Assembly: GCF_006345805.1 (NCBI RefSeq)
Contig: NW_021833791.1
Location: forward strand, 6,780-70,779
Source of the DNA: Octopus sinensis
Taxonomy: Eukaryota
DNA: 64,000 nucleotides
Reading direction: 5' to 3'
The notes under the pieces were generated by a model that did no database searches, was not told the DNA's origin, and saw only the letters and a list, made by a program, of their open reading frames with translations. Below, piece by piece: positions 38,173 through 52,232 of this stretch (the first letter of the stretch is position 1; the number at the start of each line of letters is the position of its first letter). Position numbers and translations under genes: made by a program.

Positions 38173-39726
38173 TATGTTTGACTTTTGCTTTATATTTGTA
38201 CAAGTTGGCTCCAAGTCTCACCCAGAGACCTCAAGAGACAACAGGTTGGAAGTTCACGTTGAGGTTATGTCTAGTGTGCCATATATTTGGGTTTTTTTTG
38301 TGTTGTACTGGTGGATGTCTAAAAACAAAAAAAAAATGTTTGTTTTAAACCTTGAGATTACATAGAAAGTATTTTGCGTAGGATATGAGCAGTTCCCATG
38401 AGCACTATCTTTTGAATTTCTGCCATTTTGGGGTTTCCTGGTATCTGAGTTAGGTAGCTATCAGCCCTCTTTGCTATTGTTCCCAGGGCACCTATGACAA
38501 CAGGTATTGTTTTAGTCTTCAGGTTCCACATTTTGCTGATTTCAATTTCAAGATCTCTATATTTGCTCAGTTTTTGGTAGGTCTTGACAGATACGTTTAT
38601 ATAGATTGGGACAGTCATATCAATGAGGAGGCATGTTCTTTGTTTGAAGTCTTTCAATATGATGTCTGGCCTATTTGCATCTATCTTTCTGTCAGTTTGA
38701 ATGGTGAAGTTCCAGAGGAGTGAGATGTGGTCATTTTCAAGCACTGGGGGCGGTTTGTGTTCCCACCAGTTTTTTTCATGGGGCAAATCCAGGTTTTTGC
38801 AGATTACCCAGTGAATATATTGTGCAGCTCTATCGTGCCTGTTGAGATACTCTGTAGGCGCTAGAAAACTGCACTTGGAGACCACATGATCAATGGTTTC
38901 ATTTTGTTGCTGGCATACACGACACGTTGGACTGCTGCTGATCTTTAATATGTTGGCCTGGTAGTTTCTTGTTGGTAGGCATTGATCTTGAGCTGCTATG
39001 ATAACCCCCCTCCTGTTTCAGATTTTAAGCCAGAGGCCATTAGCCATTGATGGGTCAAGGCTTTGTCAACATCTGCATTATTCGCTCTCTTTGGGTATTT
39101 GCCATTGGGGGGTTTTTCTTGCCATTTATCATTCAGAATATCTAAGGCCGCAGATTTAGCACGGGTTTTCATGCGCTTAGCTTTTTCTGTGCCTGTATCT
39201 TGTATGTCTATCTCTAATTCCGAAATTTGTTGTATTCGGAATTCACTTAGATATTCCTTTGCCTGTTTTGTTACTGAGTATGATGCTTTCTTGTTTTCAT
39301 GTTTTGAGACAAGTTTTAACATCCAGTCCTCAGAGTTTTTCAGGTAGGTGTCTAGGCCAAGTGTAGCAATCTTCATTGTTATTGCCAGTTGTAAAAGTCC
39401 ACGGCCTCTTTCTTTTCTTGGCAGATAAAATCGTTCCGTATCTGCCTTAGAGTGGTGCATTCTATGCATTGTCAACAGTTTTCGTATTTTTCTGTCAAGA
39501 TTACATATTTCAGTAATTGACCAGTTAACGATATTGAAACTGTAAGTCACGACTGGTATGGCTAATGCATTGATCGCTTCGATCCTGTTTCTCGCATTCA
39601 GCTCTGTCTTGAGTATTGCTCTTACTCTGCGATAACATTCTCTCCTGATCCTTTCCTTCATCTCTGAATGCCTTATTCCGTCTCCTTCAATTACCCCTAG
39701 ATACTTGTAGTTCTCGGCTGGGTCTA
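38173..39726 (-). mobile_element. 5'-truncated R4/Dong-type LINE (lineage B)
   Basis: ORFs 38996-39661 and 38358-38885 (RHDRAAQYIHW...TDRKIDANRPDII). It has its own 3' UTR and an (AAT)n tail. Confidence 0.9.
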
Positions 39727-39739
39727 ATTATTATTATTA

Positions 39740-39797
<58 letters not shown>

Positions 39798-39813
39798 CAT
39801 TATTATTATTTTG

Positions 39814-39924
39814 TTCAGGTCAGGTCACTGCTTGGAATCGAACTCGGAAACTTGGGGTTAGTAGCTCTTAACCAGTACGCCATATGCCCGTGGGCATATG
39901 GCATAATGGTTAAATATAGAACTG
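39814..39924 (-). mobile_element. tRNA-derived SINE head arranged head-to-head with a deleted second copy
   Basis: Minus strand reads gggcatatggcgtactggttaag...gagttcgattcc (A and B boxes). A palindrome is centred on cccgtggg at 39887-39894. Confidence 0.7.
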
Positions 39925-40560
39925 GAAACTATTTTCTATTTGAAGCAATGCATCGGTCCAGACGCGTTTTCTACTATTCGGTGCAGTGCTGAAACTCTTG
40001 CGAAGTGATTCCTTTTAATGCCTCCGTTGTTTTATTATTCACTTCTTCCACATCTGCAAATTCCGTAGCACCAAGTTTCGTCACCAATGATGACTTTTCG
40101 TTCAATTCGCGACATGAATTCAGTCGTGTCTGCTTTTTAATTTCCTAGATCAAGCGCAGCACAAATTTTGCTGCAACTCTTTTCATGCGCAGTTTCTCGC
40201 TTAAAATTCGTTGGCAGGAGCTCCAGGACACCCCAATCATATCAACAAGTTCATTTGTTCAGTAATTGTCCCCCAAGGTTAGCTCATGAATTTGTACGAT
40301 GTTTTCATTTGCTCGGGAAGTCGACGGTCGTCCTGAATGAGGTTGGTGTTCAGGTGGCAAGTAACCATTCATAACGCCTGGAAACCACTCGTAAACATGT
40401 GTTTTGCACATCGCAGCGTCCTTATAAGCTGTTTGAATCATGACGAATGTTTTGGCCGCCATTTTTCCCGGCAGAAAACAGAATTTCACGAAAGCACGCT
40501 TCGCTTCAGCCATCGCAAAAATCAACAAACAAGGGTGAAGCACTCCTAAACAAAACCACA
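39925..40560 (-). mobile_element. Internally deleted mariner element
   Basis: N-terminus AFVKFCF...SGRPSTSR...MKRVAAKFV is joined to C-terminus FADVEEVNNKTTEALKGI...RLDRCIAS. The catalytic core is missing. Confidence 0.8.
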
Positions 40561-42080
40561 CTATGTGGAAGTAGGAGTACACTGGACGATGCCTGTCCAT
40601 AGACTGATGCCTGAGGGTCGCACAGAGAACATTTCCGGTTACCTTTGTGTAGGCCCTTGTTGTGTAGCCGTTGTTGGTGACCGGGTGTTGTGTAGTGTTT
40701 GTCCTGTCATTTCATTTATACTTGCTTGTGGATTCATCATTGGATAATCTTTGCATGTCTCACATCGTCTATAAATACAATGTGCACACGGGGAGAGGCC
40801 CTTATGTGTACGTTAGTGCCATGGCTGATTCTTTGAAGAATCGATATAGAAATCATGTTTTTAGTTTTAAAAAACTGAACAAGTGACATGTGACATTACT
40901 GGCGGATTTTCTCTGGCAACTGGAAACCGACAAGATTAAATATGAGATTTCATGGTCAATTATAAAATATGAAAAACCCTACAGCACACATTGTAGGACC
41001 TGCGGATTGTGCTCTGAAGAATTCCTGTCAATTTTGCTAACTAGAAAACGGTCATTCATAAATTAACTGAACAGATTACATGTTATTTACATGCCAGGAA
41101 AGCTACCTTCAAATATAACCATCAGCACCGAACTGCCATAATCCACATTGAACTGGGAACATCGTCATACATCGCTATGTGCCCAGGAACAGGTGTGTGT
41201 GCTTTTGTCCATATGCTGTTTATTGTTCTTTGCCTGGATGTGTGTCTGAGTAGACTTGTGAGTGTGTGCAATCTGTGTGTGCAGGGACGACGTGTTTCTA
41301 TACACATGTGTGTGTACTGATATGTGAACTGATGTGTACATGTGTATATCCGTGTATGAACATGTGTGTGTATAATTGTATAAGTAAGTGTACTTGCTTG
41401 CAGGCATGTGAGTTTGTGGGTATCAATGTATATTTGGATTTGTATAACTTGTGGTTTGGGCGTGATGGGGCACGTGAGTGTGTATGTGTGTGGTGGGGGT
41501 GTCTGTGATCATTGCGGGAGTGTACTTGTGTGAGTGTGTCTGTGGGTGTATCAGTGTGCGTGCGTGCGTGTGCTCCATGGTAGCAGTGCTGATCTGATGT
41601 TTGTATGTGTGTGTGGGTAGCTGAATCTTTATGTCCTGAGGTATGTATCTTTGTGTGTAGGTGTGTTTGTGTACGTGTGTATACTTGTGCGCGTATGTGA
41701 TTCACTGATATGCATACATGTGGTGTGTGCTGGCCTGTGTCCACGAGTATAATTGTTAACGTGTGCGTCTGTATGTCTTTGCATTGATTTAAACGTATGA
41801 ATGTGCGCGGCTGTTTGTCCGTGTGTCTGACTAACTGTTAAAATATCTCAACGTAACGAAACTCAAATGTAAAGCTCCCAACTTAAAACCTTATTATCCC
41901 AATTGAGGAGTCTTCTTTGCACTGAGCGTTGCATCTGGTGTCCAAGGGAGCAGTGCATCTGGAAGATTAAACAATTGTTGTGATTTTCGTATACATACAT
42001 ACATATATAATACATAGACACATATATACATATATGTATATGTATATATATATCTATATTTATATCTATATCTAAATCTA

Positions 42081-42115
<35 letters not shown>

Positions 42116-42212
42116 ATATATAATATATGTGTGTATATATGTGTGTATGTATGTATGTATGTATGTATGTATGTATGTATGTATGTATGTATGTATGTAT
42201 GTAGGTAGGTAG

Positions 42213-42243
<31 letters not shown>

Positions 42244-42542
42244 TGTATGCATGTTGTTTGTATGTATGTATATGCACTATTTCCACAGCAACCCAATTAG
42301 TAATTATGAAGCTTGAATGTTTTATTTCTTTAACTTTAATAATATCTGTGATAGAAAATACCGAGCCCAGCCAACACATTTCCAAGAGCTGTAAGTTTTC
42401 ATGGTGAAAGAGTCACATGTTAATGGGTTGTATTCAGCTCGAGGGCCACAGTTCAGCCACCCTGCTCTATTGAGCTATTATTGAAGCACCACTGAGTTTT
42501 GAAAATAGAAAACAGAAAGCACTCGAAGTTAAAATTTCCAGA

Positions 42543-42940
42543 GGCGTAGGAGTGACTGTGTGGTAAGTAGCATTTTTACCAACCACATGGTTCTTGGTTC
42601 AGTCCCACTGCGTGGCACCTTGGGCGAGTGTCTTCTACTATAGCTTCGGGCCGACCAAAGCCTTGTGAGTGGATTTGGTAGATGGAAACTGAAAGAAGCC
42701 CGTCGTATATATGTATATATATATGCGTGTGTGTGTTTGTCCCCCTAGATTTGCTTGACAACCGATGCTGGTGTGTATATGTCCCCGTTACTTAGCGGTT
42801 CGGCAAAAGAGACCGATAGAATAAGTACTGGGCTTACAAAAGAATAAGTCCCGCGGTCGAGTTGCTCGATTAAAGGCGGTGCTCCAGCATGGCCACAGTC
42901 AAATGAATGAAACAAGTAAAAGAGTAAAAAGAGTAAAAGA
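42543..42940 (+). mobile_element. Full-length tRNA-derived SINE with CORE-like central motif (octopus OR2-type by recollection)
   Basis: tRNA-like head, ggcaccttgggcgagtgtctt central motif, internal TA/TG microsatellite and gagtaaaa tail. Several partial copies occur in the window. Confidence 0.85.
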
Positions 42941-43757
42941 GAGATTGTCTCTGACAGGTGAGGGAAGAACTCTCCTGTTCAAAACCTATGAGTGTTGTTA
43001 TCAGGCGTTGGATGGTTATATGAAGGTAGGAATGCACTGGTCTTATCAAATGGTCGCTTTTATAATGTGGCAAAAGCATTACTTATAGTTCTTATGAGCT
43101 GTTGCGTCTATACATTTTGTAGAGAAGAGTCACTGCAGCAGTGTGTCTCCCGTGTTGAAGGGATATGAAAGGAAGGTTCACAGGTTTTCTTGATTTCCTT
43201 AATATAGTCACGTTTGTATTGGGGCTCAGACTGTCACAAGAGTATTTCATTTTACCTCAAAGTTGGAATTTCGCTGCTGTATTTCTGCTCTGATTCACAT
43301 CAATCATTAACCAACACACTGTTCTTTTCTGTTTTTATTCTCATTCAAATTATGTAAACTCCACCCTTCTTACTATATTCTGTAGTCTGACATAACATAC
43401 TGTGTTCAGTTCAACTGGTTAATCTTCTTTCACTCCTTCTATTTCTAACTAAATATATATTTCTAACTAAATATAGTTTAAATGGATACATATAATAACA
43501 CTTGTTATATTACAACTTATAAAACCACTTCGATATGAATACCTTAGGATGTAACTCAATATGGTTCTTAAATTGTTATTTTTCATGTTCTTAAACTGAT
43601 ATTTTCGGTTACTTATATTTATGCCAAATATTTATACTACATTCTTTTAATCAAGTATATATATATGTGTGTGTGTGCGTGTCTGTATATATGTGGTGTG
43701 TGTGCATGTCTGTATATATGTGGGTGTTTGTGCGTGTGAGTGTATGTGTGTGCATGT

Positions 43758-43871
<114 letters not shown>

Positions 43872-44147
43872 TAAATTAGAGATAAAACCACTATTAGGCA
43901 AATCAAACAGTGAAAATCATAAACCAAAACATAGAAATAAATTTAATTAATATAATATACAAAATTTAAATTATTTAAATTAAAAGTTAAAAATTTTTTA
44001 AATGTTTAAATTATTAATTTATACTTATAAATTTATATATATATTTTATTATTTTTTATTTATATATTTATTGCTATTTTTATTTTTATTTATTTAATTA
44101 TATATATATATATATATATGTCTGTATGTATGTATATATATAAACCG

Positions 44148-44179
<32 letters not shown>

Positions 44180-44180
<1 letters not shown>

Positions 44181-44399
44181 TACTTGTTTCAGTCATTTGA
44201 CTGCGGCCATGCTGGAGCACCGCCTTTTAGAGTGGTGAAAGAGTACAGCAGGGATCACCACCATCCCCTACCGGAGCCTCATGGAGCTTTTAGGTGTTTT
44301 CGCTCAATAAACACACACAACACCCGGTCTGGGAATCGAAACCGCGATCCTACGACCGCAAGTCCGCTGCCCTAACCACTGGGCCATTGCGCCTCCACA
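44180..44399 (-). mobile_element. Composite SINE: tRNA-derived head of a third family plus the 3' tail of the 42543 family
   Basis: Minus strand reads ggcgcaatggcccagtggttagg...ggtttcgattccc (A and B boxes). 44180-44225 matches the shared tail. Confidence 0.7.
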
Positions 44400-45443
44400 T
44401 GTATATGTATCTGTATGCCTTATTTTTATACTATTACACCTACTTATATGAGTACACACTTTTTCTTGTATATTATATTTAATTCCGTCTATGCATTATC
44501 ATTATCTTATTATACTGCTTCTGATTCATTACTTCCAATTAATAGAAAGTATGTATATCTTTCCAGATATTCCACATGTAAGTGGCTTGAGAGGTCTTTA
44601 TAGAGACCACAGAATAATTAATTAATTAATTAAGTAAAGAAGAGGTATTAAATTAATTCTACATAATAGTAATCTTCCTTTTAATATTTAAATTGATCTA
44701 TATACACTTTTAGCTAATTTAGCTATGATATCACATTCGTGAATTTTTTAAACTTTATTTTATTTTCATATAATATAACAATATTGTTTATAAACGTTCT
44801 CCCATTGAACCTCTAATATTTTCCTCAATCTCATTATAGCATTTTACGTTTCGTGGTGTTCCACCCTTTAACTGGTATCAACATCATGAATTATTGTCAC
44901 CCCTACCCTACCTCTTTTATAGACAGCTACTTCTATCTAATTGACTCTTTCTAAAGTTTTGTTTCTTTTTTTCTTGAGAGTAAAGGGGTACCTGTGATAA
45001 TATCTATGACCAGTAGCTAGCCATGAGTTGTGAACTCACTCTTGCTCTTTATCCTAAATGTACACAGTCTTCTAATCTTAGATTTTAGTTGATGATAAAG
45101 AGATAGATAAACTGGAAGTGAATTATGACCCTATGACCACCACTGTGTTCCATACTGTTCTTAGAAATTGTAGTCTGTTCTCTTAGCGAATTCTTGCTAC
45201 AATAGCGAATTCCCCTTGCTCTGTTAAAATATTTAAGAAAAATTATATTAATGTATATTGTCTGTTGAAGTTCTATATTTGTGCATAAAAATAGCAAAAA
45301 AATATTATTATTATTATTATTATTATTTTCTATTATTATAGTTATTATTATTATTATTTATTATTATTATTATTTTATTATTATTATTATTATTATATTA
45401 TTATTATTATTATTATTATTATATTATTATTATTATTATTATT

Positions 45444-45578
45444 CAGTAGTTTTATTTTTATAGCGTGCTTTCTCTTCGCTACCGAGCGCAGCTCTCTGTG
45501 CCTTATGTATATGCTGTGATTTGTTGTGATGCTCTGATGGTTATTGTATGGAAAGTGTTCTGCGTAGGATGTGTGCAG
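45444..45578 (-). mobile_element. Lineage A LINE terminal 135 bp (copy A6)
   Basis: Matches 34011-34150, with an (AAT)n tail on its left. Confidence 0.9.
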
Positions 45579-46142
45579 AGACAGAGGGATTTTTAATTGC
45601 AGCACAAGACCAAAGCCTCTCCACCAGAAATTACCAAAAAAATGTAATGAAAAGAAATATAACAAGTAACTGCAGAATATGTGGAGATGGACAAGAAACA
45701 ATAAATCATATTATCTCTAGCTGCCCAGTCCTGGCTAAGAAGGAATATATTCACAGACATGACAGAGTTGGAACCTACATACATTGGAAGCTATCCGGCA
45801 GGATACAACGTGTCTCTAAAAGAAATGGAGAAACTCTCAAAATACAAAGACCTGAAAATAGAGGTAACCAGAATGTGGAATCTAAAATCAGAAACAATTC
45901 CTATCATAGTAGGTGCATTAGGCATGATAAAAAAATATTCAGACAAATACATAACAAAAACACCAGAACTTACAAACACATATAACATACAGAAAATTGC
46001 ACTACTAGGCACTGCACACATCCTACGCAGAACACTTTCCATACAATAACCATCAAAGCATCACAACAAATCGCAGCACATACCTAAGGCACACAGAGCT
46101 GCGCTCGGTAGCGAAGTGAAAGCACGCTATAAAATAATAACG

Positions 46143-46145
<3 letters not shown>
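45575..46145 (+). mobile_element. Lineage A LINE 3' fragment with internal deletion (copy A5)
   Basis: Runs from ETEGFLIAAQDQ to the 3' UTR and (AAT)n tail. It lacks the segment between cattggaagctat and ccggcag. Confidence 0.9.
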
Positions 46146-46221
<76 letters not shown>

Positions 46222-46223
<2 letters not shown>

Positions 46224-48498
46224 AAGAAGCTGGATACTCACTCAAACCCGTCCAAACAGGAGTACCACCACCCAAACAAACCCTGTGGATAAATAACATC
46301 CAAAACAAGATACAAAAAATGAGAAAAGATCTGTCGATTCTTAATGAAATCAGTAGACAATCAACGCTACTGAGCAACAAAAAGAAAACGAAAATACTCC
46401 GCAAATACAACATCACAGAAAAAGATTTACCTGACATAAAAGAAAAGCTAAAGCAAGATATCCTTGCCAAAGTACAAAGGATCCGCCGGTACGAGAAACG
46501 CCAGCGCTTCTTTGAACAAAACAAAAAGTTCAACTCCAACCCCAAAAAGTTCTACCAAGAACTTGACAAAAATAAAAATAAAATAGAAATCACTGCAGCA
46601 CCAACGGCAGAAGAAATGGAAGAATTCTGGAGAGAAATATGGTCGGCGAACGAACAACCAAAAAAGAGGAGTATTAAAACAACAAACACAGCATCTGAGC
46701 AACTTTGGACCCCCATAACAACTGAAGAGGTCACCCAGGCACTGCAAAGACTAAGCAACTGGAAGGCACCTGGGCATGACAAGATCCCCAACTTCTGGTT
46801 GAAATATCTAACAGGAATGCACAAAAAGCTGGCTGAAAATTTTAACAACATACTGGCAGAGCCAGAGACAATGCCTGAATGGCTCACGAAGGGGAAAACC
46901 ATCTTAATTCCCAAATCAAATCAGACAGCAAAACCAGAAAACTACAGACCAATAACCTGTCTCCCTACAATGTACAAGGTATTACTGCAGTGATATCGCA
47001 AAGGTTGAACAAGCACCTGGACGAAAACAACCTGTTTCCAGAAGAGCAAAAAGGATGCCACAAAGGCTCATATTGCTGTAACGATCAACTAATGATTAAT
47101 AAAGCCATAACTGAAGACAGCCACAGAAAGAAGAAAGCCCTCAGTATGGCCTGGATCGACTACAAAAAGGCGTTTGATAGCATCCCCCACACATGGATCC
47201 TCGAAACACTAGCCATTAACAAAGTAGCACCAACAATTATAAAATTCATAGGACACTCTATGAATAAATGGCAAACAGTGCTACAGCTCCAAACAAAAGA
47301 GCGACTCATGAAAACCAAAGCCATCCCCAATAGAAGAGGAATATTCCAGGAAGACACGCTCTCTCCACTCCTTTTCTGCTTGGCATTGTCACCTCTATCT
47401 GATATGCTAAATAGTACTGGATGCGGATATAAATGTTACGGCAAAACGATCGGCCACCTTTTATATATGGATGACCTAAAACTATACGCTGCAAATGACA
47501 AACAGCTTGAAATAATATTAAAGACAGTTCATGGATTTACCAAAGAAATAGTTATGAAATTCGGATTAGAAAAATGCTCCAAAGTAACCATGAAAGGAGG
47601 AAAACTAGTTAAGAGTAGCAACATCACAGTAGATAAAAACCAATGAAATAAAAGAATTAGACAAAGGCCAAACTTACAAATACTTAGGAATCCATGAACT
47701 AGATAAGACACAACGCACACAAATGAAAGAGAAAATAAAAAAGAATATTATAGACGAGTTAGATCAATACTAAAAACAGAGCTCAATGCTAAAAACAAGA
47801 TAATAGGTATTAACACTTTAGCTGTCCCAGTTATAAGTTACAGCTACAATATCCTTAACTGGACACTAAATGAACTGACCAAAATAGATAGGAAAACAAG
47901 AAAATTAATGACAGGATCTAGCATGCATCACCCAAAATCTGACATAGAAAGACTATATATACAACGTATAGAAGGTGGCAGAGGCCTTATACAGCTGGAA
48001 AACTACTATAAAATAACCACCATAGACTGCAAAAATATCTACTTCAGAAGGAGGAAAACTGATACAAATAGCGGCAAAACACGAGCAAAACAAAAAACTG
48101 TTCTCATTATTTAAGGAAGCTGACAAATACAAACAAGAATCATACATACCACCTAATAAAATGAAGAAGAAGATGAAGAAACAACAAAAGCTATAAAACA
48201 AATGAAATCCAAACTAAAACTAGAACAGCAAAGAACCATGATAAAACGATGGCAAAAAAAGCCCCTTCATGGTAAATACTGGACTAAACTAAACGCAAAA
48301 GAAAAAGACAAAGGAAAATCCCAGCAATGGTTGAGAAGCTCAGGACTCAAAGCAGAGACAGAGGGATTTTTAATTGCAGCACAAGACCAAAGCCTCTCCA
48401 CCAGAAATTACCAAAAACATGTAATGAAAAGAAATATAACAAGTACTGCAGAATATGTGGAGATGGACAAGAAACAATAATCATATTATCTCTAGCTG
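46222..48498 (+). mobile_element. Lineage A LINE, 5'- and 3'-truncated (copy A3)
   Basis: ORFs 46319-46993, 46879-47646 and 48202-48480 are near-identical to A1. Confidence 0.95.
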
Positions 48499-48509
48499 TG
48501 AGATAAAAT

Positions 48510-49151
<642 letters not shown>

Positions 49152-49487
49152 GAGTGAGAGAGCATTTCATGCCATCAAAGTGACACTGGGGTAAAATATA
49201 CGAAGCCCAATATACCCATCATGACTACCCGTCTGATAAAGGTACACCAGGCACATGCATCACAACCATATGTGCGCGACATGGTGATCTCATATCAAGA
49301 TAAACAGCACATGACCTTGCAGGTGGGGCCCAGTTGGAATTTTCTTCAGGTTGAGTAGCCCATCCCGCTCAAACGGTCCCTGAATAAGGGTTGTTTAAGG
49401 ATGTTGAAAGAACCACCTATGTTTCCAGAGGTGAACTATTCAAACCCCAAAGAATCCCTCTCAACACATGGCTATGATGCTCCCCCA
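49152..49487 (-). mobile_element. Non-coding insertion bounded by (AAT)n tracts; class unresolved
   Basis: About 335 bp of complex sequence with pure (AAT)n on both sides and no LINE protein motif seen. Confidence 0.5.
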
Positions 49488-49550
<63 letters not shown>

Positions 49551-49559
49551 GTTATTAGT

Positions 49560-50680
49560 ATTGCCTTTGCACAGCTTCTAACGCTGGAAATGTATTACAG
49601 TGTCAGCTGTTCACTACCAGTGAACTAAGGTAACACTTCTTATTTTTCGAGGATCTTCCGGAGTTTTCGAGCGGTTGCAAGTAGTGCTGTTTTCTGCAAG
49701 TGCTCCACGCTGATTGCAGCCCCTATTTGTTCCACGTACTTCTTGAGATTTTTGCTCACTGATCCTAAGACTCCAACAACTATTGGTACTACTGTTACCT
49801 TTTTCATCGATCACAACTGCTTAACTTCCAAGCTAACCTGTCATATCTCTCAACTTTTCTTTCTTCCTTATCGCACACCTTGTTGTCAGCTGAGCATGCT
49901 ATATCTATGATCCAGCATAGTTTGTTTTCTTTCTCAATTAAGACTGTGTCCGTCTTCCTATTCTCTATCTCCTGGTCGCACTGAATCATAAAATCCCATA
50001 GGATCTTTGCATTTCCATTTTCGACGATGCCTTCAGGTTTGTGGTCGTACCCATATTTTGCTCTGTCAAGTCCATACTTGTTGCAAAGTGTCCAATGGAC
50101 AAGCCTGGCTATATTGTCGCGGCGTCTCTTATATTCCTTCTGGGTTAGTGGCGTACATTGGCTGATAATATGCCATACTGTTTCACCGTTTTGTCCACAG
50201 ATTCTGCACTTATCACTTTCTGCTGTATTGTCTATTCTGTATTTTATGTAATTTGTTGTTAGTGCTTGTTCTTGGGCAACACAGATTAGAGCCTCCGTTT
50301 CCTATTTTAAATCACTTTTATCGTTGCAATCCTTCATCCTGCACAAGCCTGACCTTCTTACTTCAAACAATAGCTCTTCTGTGGCATTTTTTACATACCA
50401 TGCTATGTTGTTTTATTCTGATCTAATGCTGTGTTCGCATCCAGTAAGTCCCTCTCTTTTTCTTGTTTCATACAGTCTCTCTGTGTCACCTTTTGAGTGG
50501 AGTGTCCCATATCTAGTTAGCAACTTCCTTGTCATTCTGTCTAAGCTGTTTAGTTCGTCTACTGTCCATGCAATTACCCCTGCTCCATGTCTGAGGAGTG
50601 AAACCACCCAGGTTTTGATAGCTTGAATCTTATTCCACCCATTTAATTTCGACTTAAGGATCAGTCTCAGTCTGCGCATT
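49560..50680 (-). mobile_element. Degenerate R4/Dong-type LINE 3' part (lineage D)
   Basis: KLNGWNKIQAIKTW...DTERLYETRK and WDFMIQCD...CWIIDIAC. The 3' UTR matches 60977-61112. Confidence 0.8.
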
Positions 50681-50705
50681 ATAATTATAGTTATCATTAT
50701 TTTTT

Positions 50706-50832
50706 GAAGACGGCGAGCAAGCAGAATCGTTAGCACGCTGGATGAAGTGCTTAGCAATATTTCACCCATCGACTTAATCGCTTAGTCTGTCCTTGTTTGT
50801 CCCCTCTGTGTTTAGCCCCTTGTGGGTAGTAA
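50706..50832 (+). mobile_element. Internally deleted SINE (family of 19039)
   Basis: gacggcgagcaagcagaatcgttagcacg head joined to a short tail. Confidence 0.6.
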
Positions 50833-50837
50833 TATAT

Positions 50838-50869
<32 letters not shown>

Positions 50870-50870
<1 letters not shown>

Positions 50871-51240
50871 GTCATGTCACTTTCGAGTGCTACTGGTAAC
50901 ATGTAACCCTGTACAACTTGTTGCATGGTCGGGTCGTCGGCGACTAACCGGTAACCCCACCAAGCTTGCTTGTGAGGAGGGTGTTTATTGGACATTCTGC
51001 GGGATGAAAAACAAAACCCGTCAAAGGTGGAAGAACTCTTGAAAGTCAACGGCCATCCAATAATGTCTTAAGGCTGTATCATGCGCGGGGACATAGAAAT
51101 AATCGGACTGAATACCCGATCGCGCGTTAAACCACTGGGAGTGAAGGACTCCTAGCCTTTGTGTTAGGGCATCCTTCTAGAGAAGGTAACTGAGGTAACT
51201 GGGATAACTCCGACATAAAACGTGCGGCTCAGTGGTTACC
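50870..51240 (+). mobile_element. Probable 5' UTR fragment of an RTE-type LINE
   Basis: GC-richer non-coding segment whose style is recalled as RTE 5' UTR-like. No ORF follows. Confidence 0.35.
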
Positions 51241-51417
51241 GATGATGTTGACTTGTTTTTCTTTTCGGATTATGGCTTCTGTTGCTTAGTGAGTGTGATT
51301 GACTCAGTGCACAGCCTTTCCTCCCTAAAAAAAAATCTTCTTGCACAGCATTGCACGATAACAACAATGATTAAGCTTCGCGCAATGACCATACTCAATA
51401 ACGAGGGGGCAACAACC

Positions 51418-51452
<35 letters not shown>

Positions 51453-51472
51453 CATACATTCATACATATGTA

Positions 51473-51520
<48 letters not shown>

Positions 51521-51572
51521 TGAAATGTTTTCTAAAAATATTTCCATAGTTTCAAATAGGTGTGACATTCTG

Positions 51573-51615
<43 letters not shown>

Positions 51616-51961
51616 CTCTCTCTCTCTCTCTATCTCTCATTTACTTCTGTGAAGGCTCGGCAGGTAGGCAGTAGCAGGTCTGAAGAAATATCTAAATATG
51701 AGGGATGTTGGTACTGAAGTTTTAAGCAGCATTGTTTAAGCAGTAGTAACTTTAGAAGGAGACGGCGAAGAAGAAGAAGCAGAAGAAGAAGAAGAAGAAG
51801 AAGAAGAAGAAGAAGAAGAAGGTGTAGGAAAAGAAGAGAAAGAAGGAGAAAAATACGGGAGGAGTATGATAGTAGCAGACTATTCGTAGTCTGTTATCAT
51901 ATCCACGAGAGAAATAGGAAACTATATATATACATATATGTGTATATATATAAATATATAA

Positions 51962-52009
<48 letters not shown>

Positions 52010-52025
52010 ATATATATATACATAC

Positions 52026-52077
<52 letters not shown>

Positions 52078-52192
52078 TAGTAAAAAGTGAAAAAACTACA
52101 GAAGGCTTGTTTTAAAAGGTTAAAAAATATATATTTGAGTCAATATGTCTGAAGAATGTTATAAATTTTTTCATACAATGACATAGTTTTTG

Positions 52193-52232
52193 AAGAAATG
52201 ACCGGTTTCGCGTTCAGCTTTTCAAATTTCTT
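52193..52232 (-). ncRNA. Minimal hammerhead, U3-A8 core variant
   Basis: AAGAAAU-UUGAAAA-GC-ugaac-GC-GAAACCGGUC-AUUUCUU. Confidence 0.7.
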
